Assembly (NCBI GenBank): GCA_039621445.1
Contig: CP154954.1
Location: 29,583,411 to 29,647,410 of the forward strand
DNA from: Euglena gracilis
Lineage: Eukaryota
Reading direction: 5' to 3'
DNA: 64,000 nt
Shown: positions 48,312 through 62,004 of the stretch, one piece after another
Position numbering within the stretch: the first letter of the stretch is position 1
Layout of the letters: the number at the start of each line of letters is the position of its first letter
Position numbers and translations under genes: made by a program
Notes under the pieces: model-generated
Databases searched by the model: none
What the model was told of the DNA's origin: nothing
What the model saw: only the letters and a program-made list of their open reading frames with translations

Positions 48312-49773
48312 GCCCAGGGGGATGTGGGGCTTCCCCCGGGTTGCGTCTTCTGGTGGGTCAAAGGCGACTGTTGAACGGGAAGGAGGGACGAGGAGCGTTG
48401 GTGGGGTTGGTGCAAACGCCATGGCTGCTATCTTTTCGAGGCGAAATGCCCCCAGTTCACATTTTGTTTGGATTTTGAGACCCTTGAGGAGCAGCTAAGT
48501 TGTGTTGTTGCCATTGTGTTTTCGATTGAAAACACAAAAGGGGATGTTGGAACAGGAATTGCAGTGGAGTCTTCGTTATCAAGCATTTATCCACCACAAA
48601 TTTATGTCAGAAAAGTGTTCTGTGTGGCTTCCCACTGTCATGGTTTGACCCAGAGGAGCCCAAGATTTTCAAGGTTTTGTTTGTTTGTGGCAGTTGATGT
48701 TTCCTTCTGTGCAGACCCCCCTGTTGATGCCTTCTCCCTCCAACCCGGGCCCATTGTTGGAGAGGATGTTTGCATCATTTTTGGATAATGTGGCTCCAAC
48801 AAATACAAATGGATAGATGGATAAAAGGCACAATCGCTGGGTTTTTTTGTTTTTTTTAAAAAAAGTTTGGCTTTCCAAATGGATGGACATATTTTCCCTT
48901 TCATTTTGCAATTGTGTTTTGTTTCTTTTTTTTGTTCTGTGCTTTTGTGCCTTTTTTTTTTGGTGATCTTGATTCGTTTTGAACTGTTTTTTTTTTGTGT
49001 GTTCCTGACAGGTTGAATCCACTGCAATTTCTCAATCTTGGTTATTTTAGTTTCAGAATTCACAAAATTGGTTTTGTTGTGAGCCCTTCCCTGTTGCTCA
49101 AAGTTGGGGTTTTAGCATTTTCAGGTGTTGCTCAAATTGGATTTGCATGAGCTGGTCCACAGTGAGAGCATAAGCTTGGGCAGTATTTAAAAAAAGAAGC
49201 AGGTGAAGTTACACCCAGACTCCAATATTGTGTGGCGCATTGCTTGGCATAGCAGGCTGAACAACGATGCACCTTGACAAGCCCCAGCTGGAGTGGTGCC
49301 CTATCGAAGCAGAATTCTTCACACTCCACATGGACTGCCACTTGGAAAATGCATATCACGCACATTTTTCTTGTCGATCGACCAATTCCCGCAATCTTGC
49401 CTTTCCCTCTCCCTGTGTCCACGGCACGTTTCTGGGCTATTGCTGTGCATTTTCCATTGAATTTGATGCTGGCGCACTGTGCCAATGGCACATTTTTGTA
49501 TCATTTTTGTGCTTTGGATGGGGGGGGGTATTTTCTCGAAGTTTGTCAATTTTGTTCAGAAAGTGTGGCAAAATCCATTTTCAAAAAATCATCAGTTTGA
49601 AAAGAAAACCAAAGTGGAAGGTGATTTTTGTGCGCGTAATCCTCTTCTTTTTCTTCAATGGTCTCTTTCATGAAATGTTTCTTTCGTTGCTTCATGAAAA
49701 TGCTCAAGAAGCAGTGCCCAAAGCCTTTGCTTTTAGGAAACCGAAAATCTGTGCCCCCCCCCCCCCTGTGGAC

Positions 49774-49978
49774 CACCGCGACCGTCCTCTGACCGTTGCC
49801 GCACTCTCAGCTGCCCTGGCCGTTGCATTTTGGGGCGCCACCCACCGCCTCCTCCGTGCTCCCCTGGCCCTCCAGCACTTCCCCCGGGCCCCGGACGCCC
49901 TGGCACCCAAATCGATGGCGATGACCACCTTGGTGGGGGACCAGAGCGCAGTGTCGATGCCACGCGAACCCACGGCAG
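49774..49978 (+). CDS. Serine hydrolase exon 2 (second hydrophobic, stop-transfer-like segment)
   Basis: LTVAALSAALAVAFWGATHR...SMAMTTLVG; phase-1 GT donor matches exon 3. Confidence 0.75.
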
Positions 49979-51183
49979 GTGCATGTGGGGCCCTGCGGGG
50001 AAAGAACCAGTTCTGAACAAATGGGCATCATTTTGGGGGTATTTCAAGGGCTGTGGGAGTGGAACCTGGCATTTGGAACGAAGAGGACAAGCTGGGCATG
50101 CCCCCCTACTGCAGCCCGGGTATGGGACAAGACGGGAGATGGTGTATGTAGGTATTTCTATTCCTTCTGGTGATGGGGATCAGTCTTAGTAGTAAGAAGC
50201 ACATTGTGTGTCCAATGAAATCACTGAGGTGGCCGAGGATTGTGGTGCCCCTGGCACAATGGGATGCAGGTTTAGGTGGAAGTAAATTTCTTATTCAAGC
50301 CTTTTGCATTCCGGTTCTGTATGAATTATTCTGTATGCTCGGATTCTGAACTGAAAGCATCTGTATTTGGCGCATCATTATTTGGTACTTTCTCAGTCTT
50401 CTTTGAAAACCCTTGGTGACTCCTGAACCCTCCCTTTCTCACACATGGCACGAACCCGGGAGAGGGTGGGGGGGTTTGGTCAGGGGGTGGGGTATTTAGG
50501 GTTAGGGATAGGGTGAGGTTTAGGAAGGAGATCTGGCAGGGGGTGGTGGGGTTGGGGGGTCCTGGGTTTGTGCTATATCTCCCCTTTCCGCCTTTTCCCC
50601 ACCTGGTGGCCCATTTTCGCGGTGTTTGCATTTGTTTTGTTTTTTTTTTTGGGGAAGAAGAAAATCTTGTGGAAGTTCACAAATGGGTTTTGTTCATGTG
50701 CAATGTGTTTTGACAATCACCAGGAAATCTGCAATGCAACCTTTAAAGGAACCAACGTTCCAAAATGCTTTTTCTTTTTCTGAGAGCAGGGGGTGGGCAT
50801 GAAGGAGCACATTTCATAGAGAGTTGTTGCCGTAGTTTGGAGTGCTTTTGGATAGTGGTGGCGTGACATTGATTTCAGCAGCTTGGAAAATTTCTCTTTT
50901 CGATTACGGATTGACGACTTGTGAATGAAGCATTTGTTTGGAATTCATTTATTCAAAAATTTCCAGTTTTACCAATGGGGGTGTGGGGCGTCTTTGCAGT
51001 TTGCAAGTGAGCATCTGAGTTTGAATTCAAAGAAGAGAACAGGCCAAACCTTTTCAGGACTGGAGCACATGTTTTTAATCCACAAAAAACAGCTCCTTCT
51101 TGATCGCGATGAAAAGCAGTCCCACTGCAGGCTCCTGGATTAATGTATAAAAATATCGCATGTGTACTTTTGGATACTCCCCC

Positions 51184-51548
51184 GGGGGGTATCAAAGTGG
51201 ACACTTGGTTGGCCACGGTATATGTGGGGTCAGTGAAGGGTTAGGGTCGGGACCAGCCGGCCGGATTTCGCCCCCAAACCCAGGCCGTGCGATTTCCAAA
51301 TGCGGCAAACAGGCAGGGGGAAAGGAAAGATAAAGGCCGCCGAACGGTCGGCCCCCCACAAGGGATTTGGCCTTTCCACCCTTCGGAGTGTCTCCAAACG
51401 GGCAGGTGCTCGGACTTGCAATGTGGGCAGCTGGGCTGGTGTTGAGGCTGCGCGCGCAAGCAGGATGTGTGTCGCGCGCGCAGGCAGAATCCGGCTGCCC
51501 GGTGCATACCGTGCGTGGCCAACCTATCGTCCACTTCGATACCCCCCC
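51184..51548. mobile_element. Intronic MITE
   Basis: Inverted ends GGGGGGTATCAAAGTGGAC...GGTTGGCCACG and CGTGGCCAACC...GTCCACTTCGATACCCCCC. Confidence 0.75.
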
Positions 51549-52882
51549 CAGTAGGGGTAACACCCAGAAAAAGTTATTTTTTGGTCTTTGGTGCCAGCTC
51601 AGTCAAAAAAGCCGCCCTTTTTCAGTGGGAAGATGCTGAAATTGCACCTTCCCACTGAAAACAGGGCATTTTTTTGTCACGGAGCTGGCATTGTACTGTG
51701 AACAGTATTGCCCCAAACTTGTTCCCAGCTGGAATTTTGCCGAGAATTGGTGGAGTTTGATCCCCCCCCAAATATAATCCCCACATATTACAACTCCCCC
51801 CTGGGCCTTGAAAGCCAGCCTAAAATAGAAAATCAGAGCCTTCTGTATTTGGGAGGATTACAGCACCTGAAGGCGAAAAACGACCAGAGCATGGCTGTGC
51901 TTCAAGGATGGTCGCAATATAGTTTTTCGTGGTGTGCAACTCACCCATTCAGTATGCCCATTCTCCTTCAAATTCCCCCTGATATCCCTCCAAGGAGGAA
52001 TAAAATTGAAAATAATAATGAACACAAATTATAAAAATTGAAATTCTTCGCAATTTCCGATCAGCGGGGGACAATTGCTGGATGGTAAGGAGGGACAAAG
52101 AAGTTTTGATGGCGGTGGGATTTCCTTGGGAAACCATTGAACGGCTTACATTTGGTTTGAATTTCGAGGCTCCTGAAGATTTTTATGTTGGCCGAAAAAA
52201 TAGAAATCCTCAGTCATAAACGAAGAATGTTTTCGCTTGCAACCTGCTTCTGCTGTACCAAGGGGTACAGCAAGGTGTTTTGGTTTTTTTTTTGAATTGT
52301 GGCGTCTAAACCTGCTGTCCCCATTAACAATCCCCTTGGACACAACCACCAAATCTGTACCAAAAAAAATCAGTGGGCATTGCGTAGGAAAATAGTACAA
52401 TTCTTATCAAAATGGGTGATAGTTTTTTTGAATTAAAGATTTTTTTTTAACATTTTCTATGATGGTTTTTGGGCGGTGGAATAAGTTTGTGTTAATTATA
52501 TTGATCACCAGTGCAAAAAAAAACAACAACCAAAAATCCTGAAGATTTTCAGCAAAGAACCCAAATAACTGAGCCCGGATTTTTATCTGGGGGTCTCATC
52601 TAGAGAATGGGATACTGTCGAAAGCGTCACCGTATCACGGTGCTGCCAAGTCACTTGCCAGCGCCTTTGTGGAGGGCAAGTTAAATTTGATTTCGGAAAG
52701 TCATTTTGGAATTTGGGATGAAAATGGATGGAAGTGGACAAAAATTTCCTGTCAAATTTTGAATAGGCCGGAGGGTAGTCGAGTTTGACTCCCGGAAGGG
52801 TGTCTTGGTGGGGCAGGGAGATTTGAAGGAGGAAGATCAAGGAAAGGTTCCAGTTGTTTCCACTGTTTGCTGTCCTCTGCAG

Positions 52883-52920
52883 GACAACACAAGATGCCAT
52901 ACCGGATTCTTGCACTGCAT
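52883..52920 (+). CDS. Serine hydrolase exon 3
   Basis: (G)QHKMPYRILALH, the start of the FSH1 LHG motif. Confidence 0.85.
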
Positions 52921-53497
52921 GACAGGGAGAAGCAAGAAACACCAATGATCATCGCCCTGTGTTGATTGTGTTTCCTATTTTCTGTTGTTTTTTATCTTTC
53001 TTGGGATTTGCAGAGGGCGTTGGTTTTGTTTTTTGTAATGGAAAAAAGAAAACACCAATTAATGGGCATGCTGAGCATTTAATTGCCACAGGTTACAGAA
53101 AAAGGAAATCTAAAAAAACCGTTCATTGCTTTCTTTTTAATTATTTAATCATGACGTAAAAAACAAACATATTTTTTAGGCTCCATTTTTTTGTGCATGA
53201 TTGGTCAACTTCTCTCGGGAGGTCTCGGGGTTTTTTTAATTGGAATTTCATTTTTTTGTTGGTTTAACACTTTTAAGAGGGCAAAGTTCACCTCCCCACC
53301 TTTGCTCAGGACATTGTGTGCTCTTGACACAGCTAATTGCGCATTCATAAAACGGTTTGCTTTCGCCAAACCGGGATTAGATTGCTTTTTTGTGGCAAGG
53401 GCCCCAGTCGTCTGCCTTCGCCGTTGGGTGGTTGCTCTTGACAGATGTGCTTTGTGGAATGAGGTGGGTAATTTTCATCCTTCTTCTCCCTGGCTTT

Positions 53498-53551
53498 GGC
53501 AAGTGGGAAACGGGAGAGATGTTTCAGGATTACCTCTCGGCGATGCGTGAG
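53498..53551 (+). CDS. Serine hydrolase exon 4
   Basis: GKWETGEMFQDYLSAMRE completes LHGxxxxGxxF; GT donor follows. Confidence 0.85.
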
Positions 53552-53862
53552 GTGTGTTTGACCGGAAAACCCAAATGAGAATGATCATCAAACAAGCAAT
53601 TGCTTTGCAGTAAACATTCGCCTTCCCAAAATGTACTACCCTTGGCCAACACTAACCTTCCTCAAATTGGAATCCTGCCTGGGTTGATTTGGCACCTTTA
53701 AGAAGCTTTTTATTGCAGACAAGTTTTTTAATGTGGTTTTGGTTGTGCATCCTCACGTTGACACAGCGATGTCTTGAATCAGCAAAAATTGCTGACACAC
53801 CACACTCGGACCATTGCAAAAAAGTCCAACTGACATTGATAATTGGCCTTTCTCTCGTGAGA

Positions 53863-53864
<2 letters not shown>

Positions 53865-53930
<66 letters not shown>

Positions 53931-55470
53931 ATAATAATATAATAATAATAATATAATAATATAATAATATAATATAATATAATATAATATAATATAATAT
54001 ATATAATATACTATAATAATATAATATAATATCTCCTCTATAATCTATCTAATATAATATCCTCTATAATATATATCTCCTCTCCTCTCTCTCTCCTATC
54101 TAATCTCCTCTCTATCTCTACTCTCCTCTCCCTCTCCTCTCCTCCTTTCCTCTCCTTTCCTCTCCTCTCATCTCCTCTCCTATCCTCTCTCTCCTCTCCT
54201 CTCCTCTCCTCTCCTCTCCTCTCTCCTCTCTCTCCTCTCCTCTCCTCTCCTCTCCTCTCCTCCTCTCCTCTCCTCTCCTCTCCTCTCCTCTCCTCCTCTC
54301 CTCTCCTCTCCTCTGCTCTCCTGTCCTCTCCTCTCCTCTCCTCTCCTCTCCTCTCCTCTCCTGTCTCCTCTCCTGTCCTGTCTTCCTCTCCTGTCCTCTC
54401 CTCTCCTCTCCTCTCCTCTCCTCTCCTCTCCTCTCCTCTCCTCTCCTCTCCTCCTCTCCTCTCTCTCCTCTCCTCTCCTCTCCTCTCCTCTCCTCTCCTC
54501 TCCTCTCCTCTACTCCTCTCCTCTCCTCTCTCTCCTCCTCTCCTCTCCTCTCCTCTCCTCTCCTCTCCTCTCCTCTCCTCTCCTATCCTCTCCTCTCCTG
54601 TCCTGTCCTCTCCTGTCCTCTCCTCTCCTCTCCTCTCTCTCCTCTCCTCTCCTCTCCTCTCCTCTCCTCTCCTCTCCTCTCCTCCTGTCCTGTCCTCTCC
54701 TCTCCTCTCCTCTCTCTCCCTCTCCTCTCCTCTCCTCTCCTCTCCTCTAATCGCCTCTCCTCTCCTCTCCTCTCCTCTCCTCTCCTCTCCTCTCCTTTCC
54801 TCTCCTCTCCTCTCCTCTCCTCTCCTCTCCTCTCCTCTCCTCTCCTCTCCTCCTCTCTTCCTCCCTCTCCTCTCCCCTCCTCTCCTCTCCTCTCCTCTCC
54901 TCTCCTCTCCTCTCCTCTCCTCTCCTCTCCTCTCCTCTCCTCTCCTCTCCCTTCCTCTCCCTTCTCCTCTCCTCTCCTCTCCTCTTCTCTCCTCTCCTCT
55001 CCTCTCCTCTCCTCTCCTCTCCTGTCCTCCTCCTCTCCTCTCCTCTCCTCTCCTCTCCCTCTCCTCTCCTCTCTCTCCTCTCCTCTCCTCTCCTCCTCCT
55101 CTCTCCTCTCCTCTCCTCCCCTCCCCTCCCCTCTCCTCTCCTCTCCTCTCCTCTCCTCTCCTCTCCTTTCCTCTCCTCTCCTATCCTCTCCTCCTCTCCT
55201 CTCTCTCCTCTCCTCTCCTCTCCTCTCCTCTCCTCTCCTCTCCTCTCCTCTCCTCTCCTCTCCTCTCCTCTCCTCTCCTCTCCTCTCCTCTCCTCTCCTC
55301 TCCTCTCCTCTCCTCTCCTCTCCTCTCCTCCTCTCCTCTCCTCCTCTCCTCTCTCTCCTCTCCTCTCCTCTCCTCTCTCTCTCCTCTTCTCCTCTCCTCT
55401 CCACTCCTCATCATTCTTCTCCTCACCACACCACTCCTCACCTCTCCTCACCACTCCTCTCCTCTCCTCT
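53865..55470. repeat. Compound microsatellite (AAT)n/(AATAT)n/(CTCTC)n
   Basis: Read directly from the sequence. Confidence 0.97.
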
Positions 55471-55886
55471 CCTTTTTTTTCTCCTTATTTCTCCTCTTTT
55501 TTTTTATTTATTTTTTTATTTTTTTCCTTTCTCTTCCCTTTTTTCTCCTCTCCTTTCTTTTCTTTTTTTGTTTTTTTTTTTCTCTCCCCTCACTTGTTGC
55601 CGCTGGCTGCCTGAGAGGGCTTTCTTCTTCTGGTTCAACCCCGCCACCCCCACCCCCGGGCCCCACGCAGGGTCAACTTCTCTCGGGGGTGGGGCTTTGT
55701 GGTATTGTTGGTGTAACATTTTAAGGGGGCAAAGGTCACCTCCCCACCATTGCTCAGCACATCGTGTGCTCTTGGCACAGCTAATTGCGCATTCATAAAA
55801 CGGTTTGCCTTCGCCAAACCACAAACCCACGGCCGTGTTGCGTGTTGCTTGGCCAACCCGCGCTGACCCGCCCTCCCCCGGCCCAG

Positions 55887-56067
55887 GCCTTCGGCGCGGG
55901 GCGGGCGGTGGAGTGGACGTTCCTGACGGCGCCCCACGCGGTGGGGGACGCGAAGGGCGGCTGCGAGTGGTGGGCGCTGCCCCCCGGCGTGCGGTCGTTC
56001 CAGGCGACGGAGTTCGGGGGCTTCGAGGAGTCCGCCCGGATGGTGGAGGAGGCGTGGCAGCGCCAGG
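55887..56067 (+). CDS. Serine hydrolase exon 5
   Basis: FLTAPH...WW...GFEES, an FSH1 signature. Confidence 0.9.
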
Positions 56068-56793
56068 GCCCAGACGTCCGTGAAGCCCCCCTTTCCCAAT
56101 CAACGCTTGCCACCACAGCGGAGCATCCTCGACAAACGCGTGTCCGCGAGCATGATTGCCCACCGCTGATTGTGGGATTTTGTTTGCCAGAAGGCACCCC
56201 AGCAGGCTTGTTTTTTTTTTTACTCGTCAGACCCACCCGCCCCGGGGAAGGGTGGTTGGTTGGGGTTTGGACCCCCCCCTAAGGAGGTCCAAGGGGGAGA
56301 CCCTGGGTCTTATACCCTGCCCCTCCCCGGGGGGTCCAGCCTGTCAGCACATTCTTTTTTCAGGGTCCAGCGAAATAAAGTTGGGGCCAGCCCAGCCCAG
56401 CGCAGTCGGGTTAGGCCAAAAATTTGTAATCGAGAGTGTTTGTAAAAAGGCGCCAAATTTTAGGGTTTGGACATTTTGCAGGAGGGAAGAAAACGGCTGA
56501 AGGTTGGTTGAAAATCCTTACGCAGCCAGATTTGGGCCTTTTTATGCATGTTTTTGGGTGCCAGCTGGATCCAGCCCGGCAGATGGCGTCCCCCCCCTGA
56601 ATCCCACCCCCCTGAGAAGGGGGTGTCAAGGCAGCACCGCACCTCTTTCCAGCTGGCCGGGGTACCCACGGGGGCCTTTAAGTAGTTTACTCACAGAGAG
56701 GACGACTTGGCGTCCGCCACACTTCAACATCGTCCATGAGGCATTAGGGATCCCTTTTTTTTTTATGCATATGATGGAGCGGACGCCTGCTTC

Positions 56794-56828
56794 GACCATT
56801 TGATGCCGTGCTGGGCTTCTCCCAGGGG
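56794..56828 (+). CDS. Serine hydrolase exon 6 (nucleophile elbow)
   Basis: GPFDAVLGFSQG. Confidence 0.92.
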
Positions 56829-57451
56829 GTATGCTTTTTCATCGGCTGAGTTTTGGATAATCCCCTTCTGACCACACAGTAATTAGCCTAGCCCATCGAC
56901 ATAGCTCGTGTTTTGAAATTCGGTGAAAGAATTAGCATCTCAAAGACACCAGACCAGGCACCCCAGGCCCATCGGACCCCACCAGGCCTGAATGGGGTTC
57001 ATACCCTCATCCCCATCCTGGTGTGCAGGAGACCGCCCCACCCCCACACTCACCCCTTCCGTTTCTTTTCAGGGGCCCGATTTTGGATTTTGGTCACAGT
57101 TTTCTTTCGCAGTTTTCGGAGCCGAAGGAATTTTTGCTTGTGAATTGTCATAGTGGGTGGGGGGGTCAAACCACCCCTCCCCCACAGGCCTCAGCATGCA
57201 GCACATCTTCCTTGTCAAAAAAATTTTCAGCGCAAAAGTGCCGGACGGGAAAAGTCTGACCATTTGGGGGGTCCAGCATCCTATGGGAGGAGTGCTGTTG
57301 CGGTCGGGATAAGCCGAAATCAGGGTTTACTGTGCCCCCCCCCCCCCCCCACACAGAAGGAGGCTCTGCAAAACCTAAAGAAAATGCATGAGTATGGCAC
57401 GAGTTTTTGATGGGCAACTTCTTTCCATCCTCCCTTTTGTTGCCCCCTCAG

Positions 57452-57504
57452 GCGATGCTCTTGGCAGTCCTGCTTGCTCGTGGGCTGAAGAATCAAAGCA
57501 TCGT
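57452..57504 (+). CDS. Serine hydrolase exon 7
   Basis: AMLLAVLLARGLKNQSIV after a CAG acceptor. Confidence 0.8.
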
Positions 57505-57754
57505 GAACAGAGTTTTGTATTTAATTGGAGGAGATGCTTATCTTTCTTTGAAGCGTACAAAGAGATTGGCAAAAAAGGTTTCAGATGCCTATCTTTTTAA
57601 AATGTTGTTTTATATTTTTGTAGGATTTCAAGACTTTTGTGGTTGGCTTATTTGGATTGGTATATGTAGTCTGCAATATCAAATTTCCAGACCAGCATCG
57701 AAAGTCGTGCTATGTACGCATCCATGTGTGTACGAATGGGTGCATGCGTGTGCA

Positions 57755-58600
57755 TGTATGTATGTGTGCATGTATGCATGTATGTATGCATGTATGTATT
57801 CGTGTATGTATGTATGTATGTATGTATGTATGTATGTATGTATGTATGTATGTATGTATGTATGTATGTATGTATGTATGTATGTATGTATGTATGTATG
57901 TATGTATGCAATGCAATGCAATGCAATGCAACGCAATGCAACGCAATGCAATGTAATGTTATGCAATGTAATGTAATGTAATGTAATGTAATGTAATGTA
58001 ATGTAATGTAATGTAATGTAATGTAATGTAATGTAATGTAATGTAATGAGGGAAAAGGACTTCGAAAAATTCCAACAATAAGCCCAAAATTAAACCAAAA
58101 TCACCAAAAAGAGCTGAAATGAGAGCATTTTGGCCAAATAAAATGCACGAGCAAGGCGTCACTCTCCGTTCATAACCAACAATATATCAGCCACGGTGCC
58201 TCTTACTTGTGACCACGGGAGTAGGATTAACGCCTTGTAATGTTCTGTAATGTAATGTAATGTAATGTAATGTAATGTAATGTAATGTAATGTAATGTAA
58301 TGTAATGTAATGTAATGTAATGTAATGTAATGTAATGTAATGTAATGTAATGTAATGTAATGTATGTATGTATGTATGTATGTATGTATGTATGTATGCA
58401 TGTATGTATGTATGTATGTATGCATGTATGTATGTATGTATGTATGTATGCATGCATGCATGCATGTATGTATGTATGTATGTATGTATGTATGTATGTA
58501 TGTATGTATGTATGCATGCATGCATGCATGTATGTATGTATGTATGTATGTATGTATGCATGTATGTATGCATGTATGTATGTATGTATGTATGTATGTA
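57755..58600. repeat. (TATG)n, (AATGC)n and (AATGT)n microsatellites
   Basis: Read directly from the sequence. Confidence 0.95.
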
Positions 58601-58749
58601 CAAGTAGGTGCTAGCTTCGCTACGCGCGTGAGCTTCGCTCACTCCCCCCCTCTCCCAAAAGCGTGGTGAGCATTGCGGACGCAATTTTCCCATCAATCTG
58701 CTTTTCAGGCCGGAAGCAAAGGCCTTTTGAATTATGGATTTGCTTATGG

Positions 58750-59420
58750 CCTGCCCGGTGGTCTGACCCAGCCCGGTCCGGCCGGCGACCCAGCGGCCCG
58801 GCCCGGCACAGCCGGCAGCCCGGTGGCTTGACCCAGCGGCCCGGTGGCCCAGCGGCCCGGCCCAGACCGGCCCGGCCCCGCGCGGCCCGTCGGCACAGCC
58901 AGCGGCCCGCCGGCCTGGCCCGGCCCGGCACGGCCCGGCGGCTTGACCTGGCCTGGCCCGGCCAGGCCCGGCCCTCTGGCCCGGCACGGCCCGGCGGCAG
59001 AGCCAGCGGCCCGCCGGCCTGACCCGGCGTGTCTCGGCCTGGCCCGGCCGGCGACCCAGCGGCCCGGCCCGGTCCGGCCCTGCGGCCCAGCGGCCTAGCC
59101 CGGCTCGGCCCGGCGGCACAGGCAGCGGCCCGCCGGCCAGACCCAGCCTGGCCCGGCCCGGCAGCACGGCCCGGCACGGCCGGCAGCCCGGCGTCATGGC
59201 CCGGCTTGGTCGGCGGCCCGGCCCGGCCCGGGGGGAAGGTCCGGCACGGCCGTTCCAGCGGCCCGTCCTGGCCCAGCGGCCCGGCCTGGCCCAGCGGCAC
59301 ACCCAGCGGGCCCGGCCGGCACCCTGGCGGCCCGGCCCGGCCCGGCCCGGCCCGGTGGCCCGGGGGCCTGGCCCGGCACGGCCGGCGGCCCGGGGGCCTG
59401 ACCCGGCCTGGCACGGCCCC
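58750..59420. repeat. GC-rich (GGCCC)n-type low-complexity tract
   Basis: Read directly from the sequence. Confidence 0.85.
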
Positions 59421-59423
59421 CCC

Positions 59424-60125
59424 GGTTGGTTTGGGTCCCCGGGTGGTCCGAGCAGTTCCCCATCGGTTTTGGGAAATTTTCAAAAAAATCGATTTTTTGG
59501 CCCCCGGAAGACCAAAAAACGGCGAAGTCCCGTGGGAACCCCTTTTGGGGGGCCCCGTACGGGCCCCAAAATGGTCCGGACGGGCCGGGGGTATTTGGGG
59601 TGTATACAGGCCACTTGGGGGTCCCCCGTGGTTGGTTTGGGTCCCCGGGTGGGTCCGTGCAGTTCCCCATCGGTTTTCGGAAAATTTCAAAAATCGATTT
59701 TTTGGCCCCCGGAAGGCTGAAAAACGGCGAAGTCCCGTGGGAACCCCTTTTGGGGGGACCCTTACGGGCCCCAAAACGGTCCGGACAGGCCGGGGGTATG
59801 TGGGGTGTATACAGGCCACTTGGGGGTCCCCCATGGTTGTTTTGGGTCCCCGGGTGGGTCCGTGCAGTTCCCCATCTGTTTTGGGAAAATTTCAAAAATC
59901 GATTTTTTGGCCCCCGGAAGGCTGAAAAACGGCCAAGTCCCGTGGGAACCCCTTTTGGGGGGCCCCGTACAGGCCCCCCAAAAGGGGTCCGGACGGGCCG
60001 GGGGTATGTGGGGTGTATACAGGCCACTTGGGGGTCCCCCGTGGTTGGTTTGGGTCCCCGGGTGGGTCCGTGCAGTTCCCCATCCGTTTTGGGTAATTTT
60101 CAAAAAATCGATTTTTTGACCCCAA
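59424..60125. repeat. ~206-bp tandem repeat, about 3.4 copies
   Basis: Units start near 59424, 59631, 59835 and 60044. Confidence 0.9.
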
Positions 60126-60527
60126 AATGGCCAAAAATGCCCGTCCCCCCCTGGGGCCCCCTTTTTTTGGACCTTGGACGGCCCGTATCTGGGCCAAGCC
60201 GGACAGCCGGACCCCCGGGTCTCCACCAGTGGTTGGGGGGTCCCAGGGGCTTCAATTTTGCCCGGGGGGTGTTTCCTTCAGTTCCCCACGGGTTTCGAGA
60301 TATTTTGGAAAAATCGATTTTTTGACCCCAAAATGGCCCCCGCGGTGAAAATTTTTCTAAGTCGGAAGGGACCCCGGGGGTACCACCAGTTCACCATACC
60401 TAGGTGTGTCGTCGAGTCCTGGGACCTATTCCATCATTTGTCCTCCTATCCTAATATAATACACTTTTGTTGTTTTCGGAGCCTGACAACGCACACAGAA
60501 AAGGTTATTCAAAAAGCAAAAAAAATT

Positions 60528-60529
60528 CG

Positions 60530-60560
<31 letters not shown>

Positions 60561-60830
60561 CGTTGTTGTTCATGTATGTACTTATGTAAGTGATGTATGT
60601 ATGTATGTATGTATGTATGTATGTATGTATGTATGTATGTATGTATGTATGTATGTATGTATGTATGTATGTATGTGTGTATGTATGTATGTATGTATGT
60701 ATGTATGTATGTATGTATGTATGTATGTATGTATGTATGTATGTATGTATGTATGTGAGTGTATGTATGTGTGTATGTACGCATGTGCATATGTATATAT
60801 GTATGTGTGTGTGTGTGTGTGTGTGTGCGT
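60528..60830. repeat. (TTG)n/(TATG)n/(TG)n microsatellites
   Basis: Read directly from the sequence. Confidence 0.95.
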
Positions 60831-61385
60831 GTTCTTAACAATTTATGTGATTCTTTTTTGGTGGATTGCGTTAATTTGAGTTTCATTTTATTGCTGGACA
60901 GGATTTTTTGACAGAAAATATGCAGTTAAGCAAAACACAACAAAATTGATTTTTGGTTCTGATACCACCTGAGGTTTTTCCTATCAATGATTTCTATGCA
61001 GAGATGAGCCCATGTTTGGCGGTCAATTCAAAGCCCCTTAGGCCGTTTAAAAAATTGGGGGGTTTAGTTGTCCTTTTTTGCAGCTAAATTTGTTGCTTCC
61101 CTGCTCAAATTCGACATTTTTAAAGCTTCTTGGAAGCACATCTGAGGTTCCATTTCGGGTGCGAGAGTTTGCAGCCAAAAGTGCCATTTTGTGCACTTTT
61201 TGGGCAAAAAATTCTCAAAAATGAAAAAAAAAGCAAAAAGCGCCGGAAGGAAAATTTTGACCTTTTTGGGTGGGGTCCATCCCCCTCCCCCCTGGGTTGG
61301 TCCGGACCCCCCACCGGTTTGGGGAGGGACACCCTCCTTATATCGAACCCTGCCCAATCAAATGTGCAAATAAAGCCCTGGCACT

Positions 61386-61489
61386 AAAACCAACCCGAGC
61401 GATGCTGTTTGGATCGGCATGGCCCAATCCATATGGTGACACGGTGACAGGCGTGGCCGACCTGGGGGATGTGCTGAAGGAAGGCCAGG
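61386..61489 (+). CDS. Serine hydrolase exon 8 (3' end uncertain)
   Basis: KPTRAMLFGSAWPNPYGD; follows a non-conventional intron end. Confidence 0.7.
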
Positions 61490-61960
61490 GTTGACTGACC
61501 TAACCGCTTTGTCCTGCAGACCCCCTTTCTTTTCACCTGTTTTGATGACGATAAACTTGACAGGCAAAAAATTCTAAATAAACACAATTATTTGTTCTTC
61601 CTGAATTGTTCGCCATTCTGTTTTGGCCGGTTGGGATTTGCGTTGGTATTTGTGATGAAATCTGTGTTGTGATTTGTGTTGGGATTTGTGTTGAAATTTG
61701 TGTTGGGATCTGCGTTGGCGTTTATGTTGAAATTTGCGTTTTTTTGGGATCTTGTTGGGATCCGAAGGGTTACCCCCATTTAATACCTTTTCCCAGCTGG
61801 TTGGCTGGACCCCCCTGGGGGTTAACTCATGGTGGGGGGTTAAGAATTTCCCTGTATGGCATTCCCAGGGTCCTTTTTCACACCAGGCTTATAATCGTTG
61901 CAAACAGCTGCCCACCGCACCTTTCTTGCGCACACTTCGCATTCTCCGTCAGCCATGAAG

Positions 61961-62004
61961 GCGGTTCCCTGAGGACGCTGCATGTGTACTCCCTGCAGGA
62001 TCCG
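61961..62004 (+). CDS. Serine hydrolase exon 9 (catalytic Asp; start uncertain)
   Basis: LRTLHVYSLQDP; GT donor follows. Confidence 0.8.

Noticed and set aside
54583-55454. E/R/G-rich ORFs
   Set aside because: Translations of the (CTCTC)n microsatellite.
57639-60886. MYVC/HTYI and G/P/R-rich ORFs
   Set aside because: Artefacts of microsatellites, the GC-rich tract and the 206-bp repeat inside an intron.
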